Assembly: GCA_963727825.1 (NCBI GenBank)
Contig: CAVSHO010000009.1
Span: 224,001 to 288,000, forward strand
Origin: Ignavibacteriota bacterium
GTDB lineage: Bacteria > Bacteroidota > Ignavibacteria > UBA10030
Direction: 5' to 3'
DNA length: 64,000 nt
Below the pieces are notes generated by a model that had not been told where the DNA came from, searched no databases, and worked only from the letters and a program-made list of their open reading frames with translations. This document shows, one piece after another, positions 1-10,330 of the stretch. The position numbers and the translations under genes were made by a program. Within the stretch, counting starts at the first letter, position 1. The number at the start of each line of letters is the position of its first letter.

Positions 1-303
1 TGCCGGATCGACTATAACGTCCCAGATATTTTCCTCAGCGTTCAACTCACGCAACAGAAAGACTTCAATTTTTGCATTCGTTTTTTCTTTCTTCCCATAG
101 AGCCGTGCCTGAAACACACGTGTCTCATTGATTGCAAGACAATCACCTTTCTGAAAATAATCTGCGATTTCATAAAACTTTCGTTCAATAATAGTTTCGT
201 CAATGCGGTTCATTACCATTAACCTTGAGTGGTCGCGTGGATTCGCCGGTTGTTTTGCTATCAAATTACGAGGAAGCGGATATTTGAAATCTGAGAGCTT
301 CAT
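1..303 (-). CDS. queA: S-adenosylmethionine:tRNA ribosyltransferase-isomerase (5' part; runs off window)
   Basis: Manual translation from ATG at 303 gives MKLSDFKYPLPRNLIAKQPANPRDHSRLMV...GDCLAINETRVFQARLYG...KIEVFLLREL, the typical QueA N-terminus. Confidence 0.93.
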   Translation of the reverse strand, partial: MKLSDFKYPLPRNLIAKQPANPRDHSRLMVMNRIDETIIERKFYEIADYFQKGDCLAINETRVFQARLYGKKEKTNAKIEVFLLRELNAEENIWDVIVDPA

Positions 304-334
304 TGCTCATATCCCTTCTATAGTTTTTAGATTA

Positions 335-364
335 AGGGGGCAGAAAATAAATTTTCCGCCCCCT
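335..364 (-). terminator. Stem-loop downstream of ppdK
   Basis: AGGGGGCAGAAAAT-AA-ATTTTCCGCCCCCT inverted repeat between the ppdK stop and queA. Confidence 0.55.
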
Positions 365-389
365 GTGAATTAATGAACTATCCGTTGGT

Positions 390-3155
390 TCACTTCTTAT
401 GCGACGTTTTTGCTTTCTTGCCGGCTTTCTTTGTAGGTGCCGGATTCAATAGCGCCGCACGTGCCGCAGCCAATCGCGCAATTGGCACGCGGAATGGCGA
501 GCAACTCACATAGTTCAAACCGATTAGATGACAGAATTCAATGCTCGATGGTTCGCCACCGTGTTCACCGCAAATGCCGAGTTTAATGCCAGGTCGCGTT
601 GTACGGCCCTTTTCAACGGCAATCTGCATAACCTTGCCAACGCCGTCGCGATCCAGCACTTCAAACGGATCCTTCGCGTATATTTCTTTTGCAACGTAAG
701 GAACAAGGAATTTTGCTGCATCATCTCGGCTCACACCAAGCGTCGTCTGAGTCAGATCATTTGTACCAAAGCTGAAGAATTCAGCAACTGTCGCTATCTC
801 ATCTGCTGTAATAGCGCCTCGCGGAATTTCGATCATAGTGCCAACCAAATACTTGAACTTCACTTCTTTTTCCTGCATAACAGCTTCAGCGGTTGCACGA
901 ACAAGTTTTTCTTGATGCTGAAGTTCTTTTACATTGCCAACGAGAGGAATCATAACTTCCGGCGCTACAGCAATGCCTTTTTTCTGTATATCAGCAGCAG
1001 CCTCAAAAATTGCGCGTGCCTGCATCTCGGTAATTTCCGGGAAGATAATACCGAGCCGGCATCCACGCAACCCAAGCATCGGATTAAACTCATGCAAACT
1101 TTCGACGCGCTCTCTTACTTTCTCGTAACTGATGCCCATTGATTGTGCTAGTGCACGTTGTTCTTTTTCTTCATGCGGCACAAATTCGTGCAATGGCGGA
1201 TCAATTGTGCGAATTGTTACCGGCCTTCCATTCATTACCTCAAAGATCCCAGCAAAATCTTTACGCTGCAACGGAAGAAGTTTAGCAAGCGCCAGCTTCC
1301 GTTGATCAACAGTATCGGCTAGAATCATTTCACGCATTGGTCCTATCTTTCCTTCACCGAAGAACATATGTTCAGTTCGGCAAAGACCAATACCTTCGGC
1401 GCCAAATGCGATTGCATTCGCGGCTTGATCCGGTTGATCGGCATTTGTACGAATATTCAGCGTTCGATATTTATCTGCCCACAGCATAACTTTTTCAAAA
1501 GTCTGATACACCGGTGCATCTTTCGGGTTGAGAGTTTTTTCAACAAGCACCTGCAGTACTTCTGACGGCTTCGTTTGAATTTTACCTTCGATGACCTGAC
1601 CGGTCGAACCATCCAGCGAAATCCAATCGCCTTCCTTCAATACTTTGCCTCTCACAGTCATCGTGTGCTTAGTATAATCAATAACCAACTCATCGCAGCC
1701 TGCAACGCATACCTTACCCATTTGACGGGCAACAAGTGCTGCGTGCGAAGTCATGCCACCGCGCGCAGTGAGAATACCTTCTGATGCATCCATACCTTTG
1801 ATGTCTTCCGGCGATGTTTCGATACGGGTGAGAATAACTTTCTCGCCACGATTCTTCCACGCTTCTGCATCAACAGCATTGAACACGAGGCGTCCGGTAG
1901 CTGCACCTGGGCCTGCATTCAAACCTTTTGCAAGCAAGCGTCCGGATTTAACCGCTGCTTCTTTTTCCTTGAGGTCAAAAATCGGGCGAAGTAACTGATT
2001 TAATTGATCTGGCTCAATGCGTGCCAGCGCTTCTTTTTCTGAAATAAGTTTTTCAACAACCATATCCACCGCGATCTTGATTGCAGCAAATGCAGTCCGT
2101 TTTCCAACGCGGCATTGAAGCATAAACAACTTACCCTGCTGGATAGTGAACTCGACATCCATCATATCACGATAGTGCTTCTCCAGAGTCTTGCGGATTT
2201 TGTCCAATTGTTCGTAAAGCTTAGGATCCTGTTCTTTCAATTTTAATATCGGCAAAGGGGTGCGTACACCGGCAACCACATCTTCTCCTTGCGCGTTCAT
2301 TAAGTATTCGCCGTAAAAATAATTTTCGCCGGTAGCTGCATCGCGAGTGAATGCAACGCCCGTTCCTGAATCTTCACCCATATTGCCGAAAACCATCGTT
2401 TGCACATTTACTGCAGTACCCCAAGATTCTGGAATATCATACATCTTGCGATAGGCAATTGCACGGTCGTTCATCCAAGAGCTAAACACTGCACCAATAG
2501 CGCCCCACATTTGTTCAAGCGGATCTTCTGGGAAATCGTGTCCGGTCTTTTCTTTTATTGCCGCTTTAAACTTCACAACGAGTTCCTTTAAATCTTCGGC
2601 TGTGAGTTCGGTATCGAGCTTTATATTTTTCTGATGTTTCTTCGCCTCAATGATTTTTTCAAATGGATCGATGTCGTCCTTATTTACCGGTTTCAATCCG
2701 AGCACGACATCGCCATACATCTGCACAAAACGCCGATACGAATCATACACGAAACGTTCGTTCTTCGTCTTCGCAATAAGGCCTGCAACTGTTTGATCGT
2801 TGAGACCAAGGTTGAGAATGGTATCCATCATACCGGGCATTGATGCACGCGCACCTGAGCGAACAGAAACAAGCAGCGGATTTTTGGCATCGCCAAGCTT
2901 TGCACCCATCGCCTTTTCCACTTTCGCAAGCGCGGCAAGAACTTCTTTCTGCAGCGACTTTGGATACTTTTGTTTGTTCTGGTAATATGCGGTGCATACT
3001 TCAGTCGTGATCGAGAAGCCCGGCGGAACCGGCAGGCCGATATTAACCATTTCGGCAAGGTTCGCACCTTTGCCGCCGAGAAGATTTTTCATCTCGGCTT
3101 TGCCTTCGGCTTTTCCATTGCCGAAGAAATATACATATTTTGGTACTTTTGCCAT
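390..3155 (-). CDS. ppdK: Pyruvate, phosphate dikinase
   Basis: [40 protein letters not shown] phospho-His site, [29 protein letters not shown]. Start is 3155 or 3167. Confidence 0.98.
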   Translation of the reverse strand: MAKVPKYVYFFGNGKAEGKAEMKNLLGGKGANLAEMVNIGLPVPPGFSITTEVCTAYYQNKQKYPKSLQKEVLAALAKVEKAMGAKLGDAKNPLLVSVRSGARASMPGMMDTILNLGLNDQTVAGLIAKTKNERFVYDSYRRFVQMYGDVVLGLKPVNKDDIDPFEKIIEAKKHQKNIKLDTELTAEDLKELVVKFKAAIKEKTGHDFPEDPLEQMWGAIGAVFSSWMNDRAIAYRKMYDIPESWGTAVNVQTMVFGNMGEDSGTGVAFTRDAATGENYFYGEYLMNAQGEDVVAGVRTPLPILKLKEQDPKLYEQLDKIRKTLEKHYRDMMDVEFTIQQGKLFMLQCRVGKRTAFAAIKIAVDMVVEKLISEKEALARIEPDQLNQLLRPIFDLKEKEAAVKSGRLLAKGLNAGPGAATGRLVFNAVDAEAWKNRGEKVILTRIETSPEDIKGMDASEGILTARGGMTSHAALVARQMGKVCVAGCDELVIDYTKHTMTVRGKVLKEGDWISLDGSTGQVIEGKIQTKPSEVLQVLVEKTLNPKDAPVYQTFEKVMLWADKYRTLNIRTNADQPDQAANAIAFGAEGIGLCRTEHMFFGEGKIGPMREMILADTVDQRKLALAKLLPLQRKDFAGIFEVMNGRPVTIRTIDPPLHEFVPHEEKEQRALAQSMGISYEKVRERVESLHEFNPMLGLRGCRLGIIFPEITEMQARAIFEAAADIQKKGIAVAPEVMIPLVGNVKELQHQEKLVRATAEAVMQEKEVKFKYLVGTMIEIPRGAITADEIATVAEFFSFGTNDLTQTTLGVSRDDAAKFLVPYVAKEIYAKDPFEVLDRDGVGKVMQIAVEKGRTTRPGIKLGICGEHGGEPSSIEFCHLIGLNYVSCSPFRVPIARLAAARAALLNPAPTKKAGKKAKTSHKK

Positions 3156-3257
3156 TTTAACTGTCATCCTTTCAGTGAGTATTATTTCTTGTTTGTTTGA
3201 TGAAATTATAGAAATTCTTGCAGGATTATTTCTGCAAGATTTGTAAAATAATATGCC

Positions 3258-4311
3258 CTAAGTTATAAATACATGATTTATCAATTCGTTTAACTTTTGT
3301 TCTCCAGATATAATTTCCAGCCGCATTTCGGCAGCTATCACCGGTTCCGTTTCCGGAAATACTGCAAATCGTTCTCTAAGCCGCGCTGTGTCTTTTTCTG
3401 TTGTAATAATGAAATCAGCATTTGTTTGCTTTCTTGCCTTCAATAATCGTTTTGATATCGTCGTCTTTATACCAGTGGTGATCTGAGAATGTAATATGCT
3501 TCTCAACCTTTATGTTCGCTTTCATCACCAAATCTTCAAATGATTTCGGGTTGCCGATTCCGGAGAATGCAATCACATTTTTATTCGTCAATTCTTCGGT
3601 TTGCACAATCTCATTGGATGAAAGACATTTAAATGCTTTCAGTTCTGCTTTCAATCCGATGGTCGGCGTTTTGGATGGAAGCGAGTTACTCTCACGGCCC
3701 ATAGCGCAAGCGTGTTCATATTCTTTTATATCCGCACATCGTGTTACTGCAATTAAATTAGCTCGTTTCAATGAGGTTAATGGTTCACGTCTATTTCCAG
3801 CCGGCAACAATAAATTTCTGTTCAGAATCTCTTCCGCTGTTAAAATAACGATGTCAAGGTTACGGTGTAAATATCGGTGTTGAAATCCATCGTCGAGCAA
3901 GATCACCTTTGCACCAAGTTCAATAGCTTTCTGTGCTCCTCGCACACGCCGCTCATCCACAACGACTATCAACTCGGGATATTTGAGCGCTAACTGAATC
4001 GGCTCATCTCCAGAATTTTCAACAGATGCTAATTTGCGACTACCATCACTGACAACGACCGTTCCGCTTGTTTTCCTTTTATATCCACGGCTGACAACTG
4101 CCAATGGATGATTGATCATTAATCTTTCGACCAACATTTCCACAAACGGTGTTTTGCCGACTCCACCGGTAGAAATATTACCGACAGAGATCACCGGCAC
4201 TCCAATATTATCAATTTTTAAAACTCCTATGTCAAAGAACCAATTGCGAACAGTAACTCCCAACCAATAAAACAGAGAGATCGGCAATAAAAGTATTCGC
4301 ATTATTTTCAT
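3258..4311 (-). CDS. lpxK: Tetraacyldisaccharide 4'-kinase (apparent +1 frameshift near 3438)
   Basis: VISVGNISTGGVGKTP, VSRGYK, LDDGFQH, AFSGIGNP, FSDHHWY in ORF 3415-4311. The C-terminal IITTEKD motif lies in ORF 3258-3506; removing one base in GAAGGCA joins them. Confidence 0.93.
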
Positions 4312-5429
4312 TTCATTTGCAACACACGCTCTGCAACTCTCTGCGATGCGCCAACAGTACCCAGAATTATCTTTACTTTGGAAAACTCTTCTTTCATATC
4401 TGCAACTCTCTTTTTATCATTCAACAATTTCATTGCCGACTTTGCCATTCTCTTTGCAGTCGCCTTATGCTGAATAAACTCCGGTGCAACCAATTTTCCC
4501 GCCACAATATTGACAAGTCCAATATATTTTACATGCACTAGTGCACGACCTATCAAGTACGTCAGCCAAGAGGTTTTGTACACTACAAACATCGGCGTCC
4601 CAAAACATGCCGTTTCCAATGTCGCTGTGCCGGAAGTGACAAATGCAAAATCGGCATTTGCCATTACTTCGTATGTCAATCCTTTTATAAAATGAACGCC
4701 TTTTAAATTGTAGAGTGTTCTAAAATATTCTTCATCCAACGTTGGCGCAACACCGACAACAATTTCTATATTGTCCTCCATAGAAATCATCCGTGCGGCA
4801 GAAAGCATTTCAGGAAATATATGGTCTATCTCCTGCTTGCGGCTTCCGGGGAACAATGCCACAATTGTTTTTTGCTCATCCAATGAAAATCTTTTGCAGA
4901 AATTCTTCCGGTCAAGTTTCGACTCCAGCACTTCCAACAAAGGATGACCGACAAACTCTGCGTCAATTCCTTCTGCGCGATAGAAATCCAATTCGAATGG
5001 AAAAATGACCAGCATCTTATTAATAAGCGAGCGAATCTTTTTCACGCGCGATCTATGCCATGCCCATACTTGCGGACTTATATAATAAACGATTTTGATA
5101 TCATAGCGTTTCGCAATACGTGCAAAACGGAGATTAAATCCGGGATAATCGATCAATACCAGCACATCCGGCTTCTTGAACTTAACAATTTGCTCGAGAG
5201 TGTGTTCCATCGTCTTTATGAACGGAAGATGTCTCAACACTTCTTTAAAGCCCATAAATCCAAGCTCGTTGATATGATAGATAAGATCCATGCCTTCGCG
5301 TTTCATCTTATCACCGCCGACACCATACACTTCAACAGTGGGTGATAGGCGTTTTAATTCCCGTACAACTCCGGAGCCATGCAAATCACCTGATGCCTCA
5401 CCGGCAATGATCATTACGCGCTGAACCAC
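4308..5429 (-). CDS. lpxB: Lipid-A-disaccharide synthase
   Basis: IAGEASGDLHG, LIDYPGFN, YYISPQVWAW, FVGHPL, PGSRKQE, SGTATLE. Confidence 0.97.
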   Translation of the reverse strand: MVQRVMIIAGEASGDLHGSGVVRELKRLSPTVEVYGVGGDKMKREGMDLIYHINELGFMGFKEVLRHLPFIKTMEHTLEQIVKFKKPDVLVLIDYPGFNLRFARIAKRYDIKIVYYISPQVWAWHRSRVKKIRSLINKMLVIFPFELDFYRAEGIDAEFVGHPLLEVLESKLDRKNFCKRFSLDEQKTIVALFPGSRKQEIDHIFPEMLSAARMISMEDNIEIVVGVAPTLDEEYFRTLYNLKGVHFIKGLTYEVMANADFAFVTSGTATLETACFGTPMFVVYKTSWLTYLIGRALVHVKYIGLVNIVAGKLVAPEFIQHKATAKRMAKSAMKLLNDKKRVADMKEEFSKVKIILGTVGASQRVAERVLQMK

Positions 5430-5432
5430 GCG

Positions 5433-6014
5433 TCACCTCATATACCAAAGAACAATAAGAATCACCAGCACTAAGCTTAACGCTTGAAACGTTCGCCGCT
5501 CGGAGTGTATCGCTTCTTTCCAGTTTGCCAATTGTTGTGACTGAATCGGATTAATATACGCCGACAAGCGCGGGAAAAAACGCGGAACATTGCGCTTAAA
5601 TTCTAAATACACTGCGCCAAATTCTTTTTCTAAAAAACCTTCTTCCAGCACAACAATTTGATAGTACTGAAAGCCGAACCATGCCAGCGCCGCAAGCAAC
5701 AACCATGGAAAAAGCGCATTCGACATAATACCGATGCCGATATACGCAAGCAAGTTGCCAACGTAAATCGGATTGCGAACACGCGCGAACGGTCCCGCCA
5801 CAATAACTTCCGGTGCGCCGACGCTGCCCGTTACACGTGTAAGACTTCCGGCGTAGGCAACACCCCAAAATCGGACGGACTCACCAGTCGCCGCTATGAC
5901 AAATCCGATCGCCATTGTTATCGCTGTCGGTTGAGCATAAAATATCATCACCAACAAAAAAGGAATCGGTGTATAACTGCGAAGTGAAAAGATTTTTTCC
6001 TGGAAAGACTTCAA
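5433..6014 (-). CDS. Isoprenylcysteine carboxylmethyltransferase (ICMT/Ste14)-family membrane methyltransferase, possibly LmtA-like
   Basis: Hydrophobic protein with GPFARVRNPIYVG and EEGFLEKEFG..Y..F...VPRFFP motifs. Confidence 0.85.
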   Translation of the reverse strand: MKSFQEKIFSLRSYTPIPFLLVMIFYAQPTAITMAIGFVIAATGESVRFWGVAYAGSLTRVTGSVGAPEVIVAGPFARVRNPIYVGNLLAYIGIGIMSNALFPWLLLAALAWFGFQYYQIVVLEEGFLEKEFGAVYLEFKRNVPRFFPRLSAYINPIQSQQLANWKEAIHSERRTFQALSLVLVILIVLWYMR

Positions 6015-6017
6015 GTA

Positions 6018-6722
6018 TTATCCTTGCACAAACACTTCGCGGCGCGCCATTGCGGCTTCTTGCCGATGACGAATACGCTTGCGCTGAACGATTTCTTCCA
6101 TCTTCGCCTGCACATTGCCAAAGTGATTGAATTCAAAATATGTGATGTTCTGTTCCTGGCAGTGTTTAATCAATTCCCGCTTTGCAAAAACGAAATCCGC
6201 ATATCGAACCGGGCACCGATCAGAATATCCATCACCGACATATACACTAATGTCCTCATCGGCTGATGTATTCAATATATGATTACGCTTGCAATTACCA
6301 CACAAACTGCACTCTGCATCCGTATACGGGAACGCAACCTTCAATCTCTCTCCTATAAACTCCGCATGATTCGCAAAGAATGGTACGTGTCCAACTCCTC
6401 CATTTGAAAGGACACGTTCGACATAAACATCTAAACCGTCGGTGAGAATTGTAATCGGTACATCATGATCAGTGCAAAAACGGACAAACTCAGGAAAATG
6501 CGGATCGATAGAAAACTGATCCACATACTTTAGTAATTCACCGCGTGTGATCGAGGGAATTGCTTTGCATAATTCCATAAACCACATTTGCATGGTGATT
6601 TCACCACTGAGTAACCGTCGAACACTCTCTTCTGCCTTCTCTCTGGCAAATTTTTGAAAGAAGTGCTGACCCACGTCTTGCAGGCATACGGTTCCGTCAA
6701 AATCACAAAAAACACGAATCAT
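6018..6722 (-). CDS. MtnX-like HAD-IB family phosphatase
   Basis: CDFDGT motif I, ILTDG, CGNCK, YVGDGYSD, ADFVFAK. Confidence 0.85.
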   Translation of the reverse strand: MIRVFCDFDGTVCLQDVGQHFFQKFAREKAEESVRRLLSGEITMQMWFMELCKAIPSITRGELLKYVDQFSIDPHFPEFVRFCTDHDVPITILTDGLDVYVERVLSNGGVGHVPFFANHAEFIGERLKVAFPYTDAECSLCGNCKRNHILNTSADEDISVYVGDGYSDRCPVRYADFVFAKRELIKHCQEQNITYFEFNHFGNVQAKMEEIVQRKRIRHRQEAAMARREVFVQG

Positions 6723-6781
6723 ATAAATATCTTTAAAATTTAAGTTTCAAATATCAAATTTCAAACCGAGATATTTCTTTC

Positions 6782-9700
6782 TTAATTCTTCGCTATCTCG
6801 TTGAAGCGCACAGAAACAAGTTTCGATACACCTTCTTCTTCCATCGTGACGCCATACATTGCGTTCGTAGCTTCCATAGTTCGTTTATTGTGCGTTACAA
6901 CCACAAACTGCGTATTATCTGAAAACTTACGCAGAATGCGCGCGAACCGGTCTATATTGGAATCATCCAACGGTGCATCTACTTCGTCGAGAATGCAAAA
7001 CGGGCTTGGTTTTACCAAGTAAATAGCGAACAATAATGCAATTGCAGTCAGAGTTTTCTCACCGCCAGAGAGCAAATCAATTGACGTTGGGCGCTTGCCG
7101 CGCGGTTTTGCGATAATTTCGATGCGCGCTTCAAGTGGATCTAATTCTTCTGCGTCGAGCCGGAGATCGCATTCATCGCCTTCATCAAATAAACCCTTAA
7201 ATGTTGTGATGAAATTTTCGCGGATCAATTCAAAAGTTTGCAGAAACTGTTTCTGCGCCGTAGCATTAATTTCATCGATCGTTTCCAGCACCGTCTTTTC
7301 AGATTGTTCTAGATCATCCCGCTGGGCAGAAATAAAATCAAACCGTTCTTTCTCGCTTTTATATTCGTCAAACGCTGCAAAGTTCACCGCGCCAAGTGCA
7401 TTGACCTTTTCTTTCAGCCTGTGGACTTCTTCATGTGCCGCTGTAAAATCATACTGGTTCGCATCCGAATATTCTTGCGGCAGAATATCAATATCGAAAT
7501 CTTCCTTAGCACGTGCTTTGAGATTGTCTGCTCTCATTGTCAATTCTTGAATCTTGATTTCTAGATCATGCGCCGACTTCAGAGATCCTTCCTGCCGCAT
7601 TCGTTCATCTTTCAGTTTCAATTCAATTTCATGAATCTGACTTCGCTTGACAGAAAATTCCTGATCGACAGATTTCTTTTGTTCCAGCACACCGCTATAC
7701 TCATGCCGTGCTTCGTGAAGAGCAACATTAATTGCTTCGAGATCGGCAGCGATGGTTCCAATATCTTCTTTCGCTTTGAAAATTTCTTCAGTTCGCTGGT
7801 CGAATGTCGTCAAGACAGACTGCAACGTCGTTGCAGTGTATTTTTTCCCCTGAAGGATACTGCGTTCTTCACTTTTAATCGCAAGCACCGACATGTTTGC
7901 TTCGTTTGCGACGCTTGAGTACTCGTTCCAAAGCGCATCCATTGTTTCTACTTCACTCATTGCCGCGCCGACCTGTTGTTCCGCTTCCGCCTGCCGTTTT
8001 TCTAATGAAACAATAGACGGCGTGAGCATCTGGATTTCTTTATTCAGCAAGTCAATTTCTTGTTTAAGCTTTTCTGTTTCGGCATTATTGCGTTCGATAT
8101 TATCCTGTGCACGTTTCTTTTCGAATTCGATTTGCGCGATTCGGATTTCCACAGAAGTTTTTTGTTGTTCGATGGCACGCGCTTCCTCAGCAAGTTTCTT
8201 CAGATTGACATTTTCCAAGTCCTCAATTTTTTTCTGAAGATCATCCGTAATGCGTTCGTGCCGATCACGCAGCTTACGAACATCAGCGGAAAATTCTTCT
8301 AGTTGTGACTTCTTGCTTATATGCCCGCCTTCATCCTGCAGCACGCTTCCCCCGCGAACAACACCCCTGCCGGTAACGATTTCTCCTTCCAACGTAACAC
8401 ATCGAACGTTAGGATGGTTATTAACAATATTGAGCGCAGCGGGAACATCGTTCACTAAAAGTGTTTCATCAAAAAGAAAATTGAATAATTTCTCGTGCTG
8501 ATTATCAAATTGCACGAGACTGCTCGCCCACCCGATAACACCAACACCTTGAATTGGAACACGATGGTTAGTAAGACTCGGTAGCCGGTCAAGGCAAATG
8601 AACGTTGCCTTTCCCTTTTTATTTTTCTTCAGGAAGTCGATTGCGGCATACGCTTCCTGAACATTATCGACAACAACAAATCCTGCGGTTTCACCAAGAG
8701 CGGTTTCAATTGCGATGCGATATTGCGGTTTTGTTTGGACAGCTTCGCCTACCGTTGTTTGAATTTTTGCGCTCCATTCGTTGCTCGTTATAAGATACTT
8801 CGCACCCTCGGAGTATCCATCAAAACTCTCGACTAATCCTTTAAGAAAATCAATGCGCGCCTGCTTGCGTTCAACATCGCCCAGTACTTCATGATCCTGC
8901 CGCCGCAGTTGTTCAATTTCATCCTGTAACTTCTGTTTATAATCTTCCAACTTATGCGTCCGCACTTCTGCTTCCGCGAATGCAAGACGAAGCTGCTTGT
9001 TCTCCGCTGTGAGAGCAGCAATTAGAGCAGAATTTTTCTCGATGTCTCGGCGATATCCGACATTTTCTTCTGTTGTGTAACTAACACGACCGCGAATGTT
9101 CTCAATGCGGGCTTTTACTTGGTTCTCGCGATTACGCAGCTCTGCAAGTTCATGCATCAGTGTAATCACTTGTTCTTGATTTGTTTTCAGTTCTGCGCGT
9201 TTGGCGTTCAGTTGGATTTCAAATTCATCGAGTTGGATTTTCTTAATACGATACGCTTCTTCTGCGGCGGTAATTTTTGTCTGGAGTTGTTCCAACGAAT
9301 GGGCCAATTCAGCTTGCTTCTGTTCTAGTTCCACCTGCTGTTGACTAAGTTCAATTTTTTCACGATCGAATCGTTCTATGTTTTCCTGTAGCGATCGTCT
9401 GCGCTCTATTGAAGTAGCGCGGTGTTGTTCCAATTCATGAATTGCTGTTTGCCGTGTTATAAGATTTTCTTGGGTCGAAGTCAATTGACGTTCTAATTCT
9501 TCCGATTCCTGCCGTAGTACATCTAAAAGTGTTTCTTCCTGTTTCACTTCAACTTCCAATCGATTCTTTTCATCCACTGCAACGGAAAGCTGCTGCGTCA
9601 ACGGCTCTATTTTCAAAACCACATTGGAAAAATCGCGAATAAGTAAATCTAATTCTAATGTTTGAAGTTGCTTCACAAGTTCGTTGTACTTTTCCGCTTT

Positions 9701-10330
9701 CTGTGCTTGACGTTCCAGCGAATTCACAGCCTTTTCTACGCCGCGAATAATATCGTTCACGCGTGTCAGATCCTGACGGACGACATCAAGACGGCGAAAC
9801 GCCTCCTTACGCCGATATTTGTACTTTGTGACACCAGCGGACTCTTCAAACAAACGGCGCCGCTCGTCGGAGTTGTCGCTCAGGATGCTTTCCACCATTT
9901 TCAATTCTATGACAGAGTACGCATCCGAACCCATGCCGGTATCCATAAACAAATCGCGGATATCTTTCAAGCGGCAGAGCGTCTTATTCAAATAATATTC
10001 ACTTTCACCGGAGCGAAACACACGGCGCGTGATTGTTACTTCGCTATACTCAGAAGGAAGTATTCCTTTGGTATTCTCGATAGTGATTGAGACTTCTGCA
10101 ACATTCAGCGGCTTACGTGATTTTGTACCGTTGAAAATTACGTCTTCCATTTTATCTGACCGCAGCGTTGTGGGTTTTTGTTCGCCTAAAGCCCAGCGGA
10201 TAGCATCAACCACATTTGTTTTGCCGCAGCCATTCGGCCCAACAATTGCGGTAAGACCTTCGTCGAATGACAGGCTCACTTTCTGTGCAAATGATTTGAA
10301 CCCAAATATTTCTAATTTGGATAAGTACAT
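6782..10330 (-). CDS. smc: Chromosome segregation protein SMC
   Basis: GFKSF, GPNGCGKTN Walker A, long coiled coils with hinge (GKATFI), LSGGEK signature, ILDEVDAPLD. Confidence 0.98.
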   Translation of the reverse strand: MYLSKLEIFGFKSFAQKVSLSFDEGLTAIVGPNGCGKTNVVDAIRWALGEQKPTTLRSDKMEDVIFNGTKSRKPLNVAEVSITIENTKGILPSEYSEVTITRRVFRSGESEYYLNKTLCRLKDIRDLFMDTGMGSDAYSVIELKMVESILSDNSDERRRLFEESAGVTKYKYRRKEAFRRLDVVRQDLTRVNDIIRGVEKAVNSLERQAQKAEKYNELVKQLQTLELDLLIRDFSNVVLKIEPLTQQLSVAVDEKNRLEVEVKQEETLLDVLRQESEELERQLTSTQENLITRQTAIHELEQHRATSIERRRSLQENIERFDREKIELSQQQVELEQKQAELAHSLEQLQTKITAAEEAYRIKKIQLDEFEIQLNAKRAELKTNQEQVITLMHELAELRNRENQVKARIENIRGRVSYTTEENVGYRRDIEKNSALIAALTAENKQLRLAFAEAEVRTHKLEDYKQKLQDEIEQLRRQDHEVLGDVERKQARIDFLKGLVESFDGYSEGAKYLITSNEWSAKIQTTVGEAVQTKPQYRIAIETALGETAGFVVVDNVQEAYAAIDFLKKNKKGKATFICLDRLPSLTNHRVPIQGVGVIGWASSLVQFDNQHEKLFNFLFDETLLVNDVPAALNIVNNHPNVRCVTLEGEIVTGRGVVRGGSVLQDEGGHISKKSQLEEFSADVRKLRDRHERITDDLQKKIEDLENVNLKKLAEEARAIEQQKTSVEIRIAQIEFEKKRAQDNIERNNAETEKLKQEIDLLNKEIQMLTPSIVSLEKRQAEAEQQVGAAMSEVETMDALWNEYSSVANEANMSVLAIKSEERSILQGKKYTATTLQSVLTTFDQRTEEIFKAKEDIGTIAADLEAINVALHEARHEYSGVLEQKKSVDQEFSVKRSQIHEIELKLKDERMRQEGSLKSAHDLEIKIQELTMRADNLKARAKEDFDIDILPQEYSDANQYDFTAAHEEVHRLKEKVNALGAVNFAAFDEYKSEKERFDFISAQRDDLEQSEKTVLETIDEINATAQKQFLQTFELIRENFITTFKGLFDEGDECDLRLDAEELDPLEARIEIIAKPRGKRPTSIDLLSGGEKTLTAIALLFAIYLVKPSPFCILDEVDAPLDDSNIDRFARILRKFSDNTQFVVVTHNKRTMEATNAMYGVTMEEEGVSKLVSVRFNEIAKN

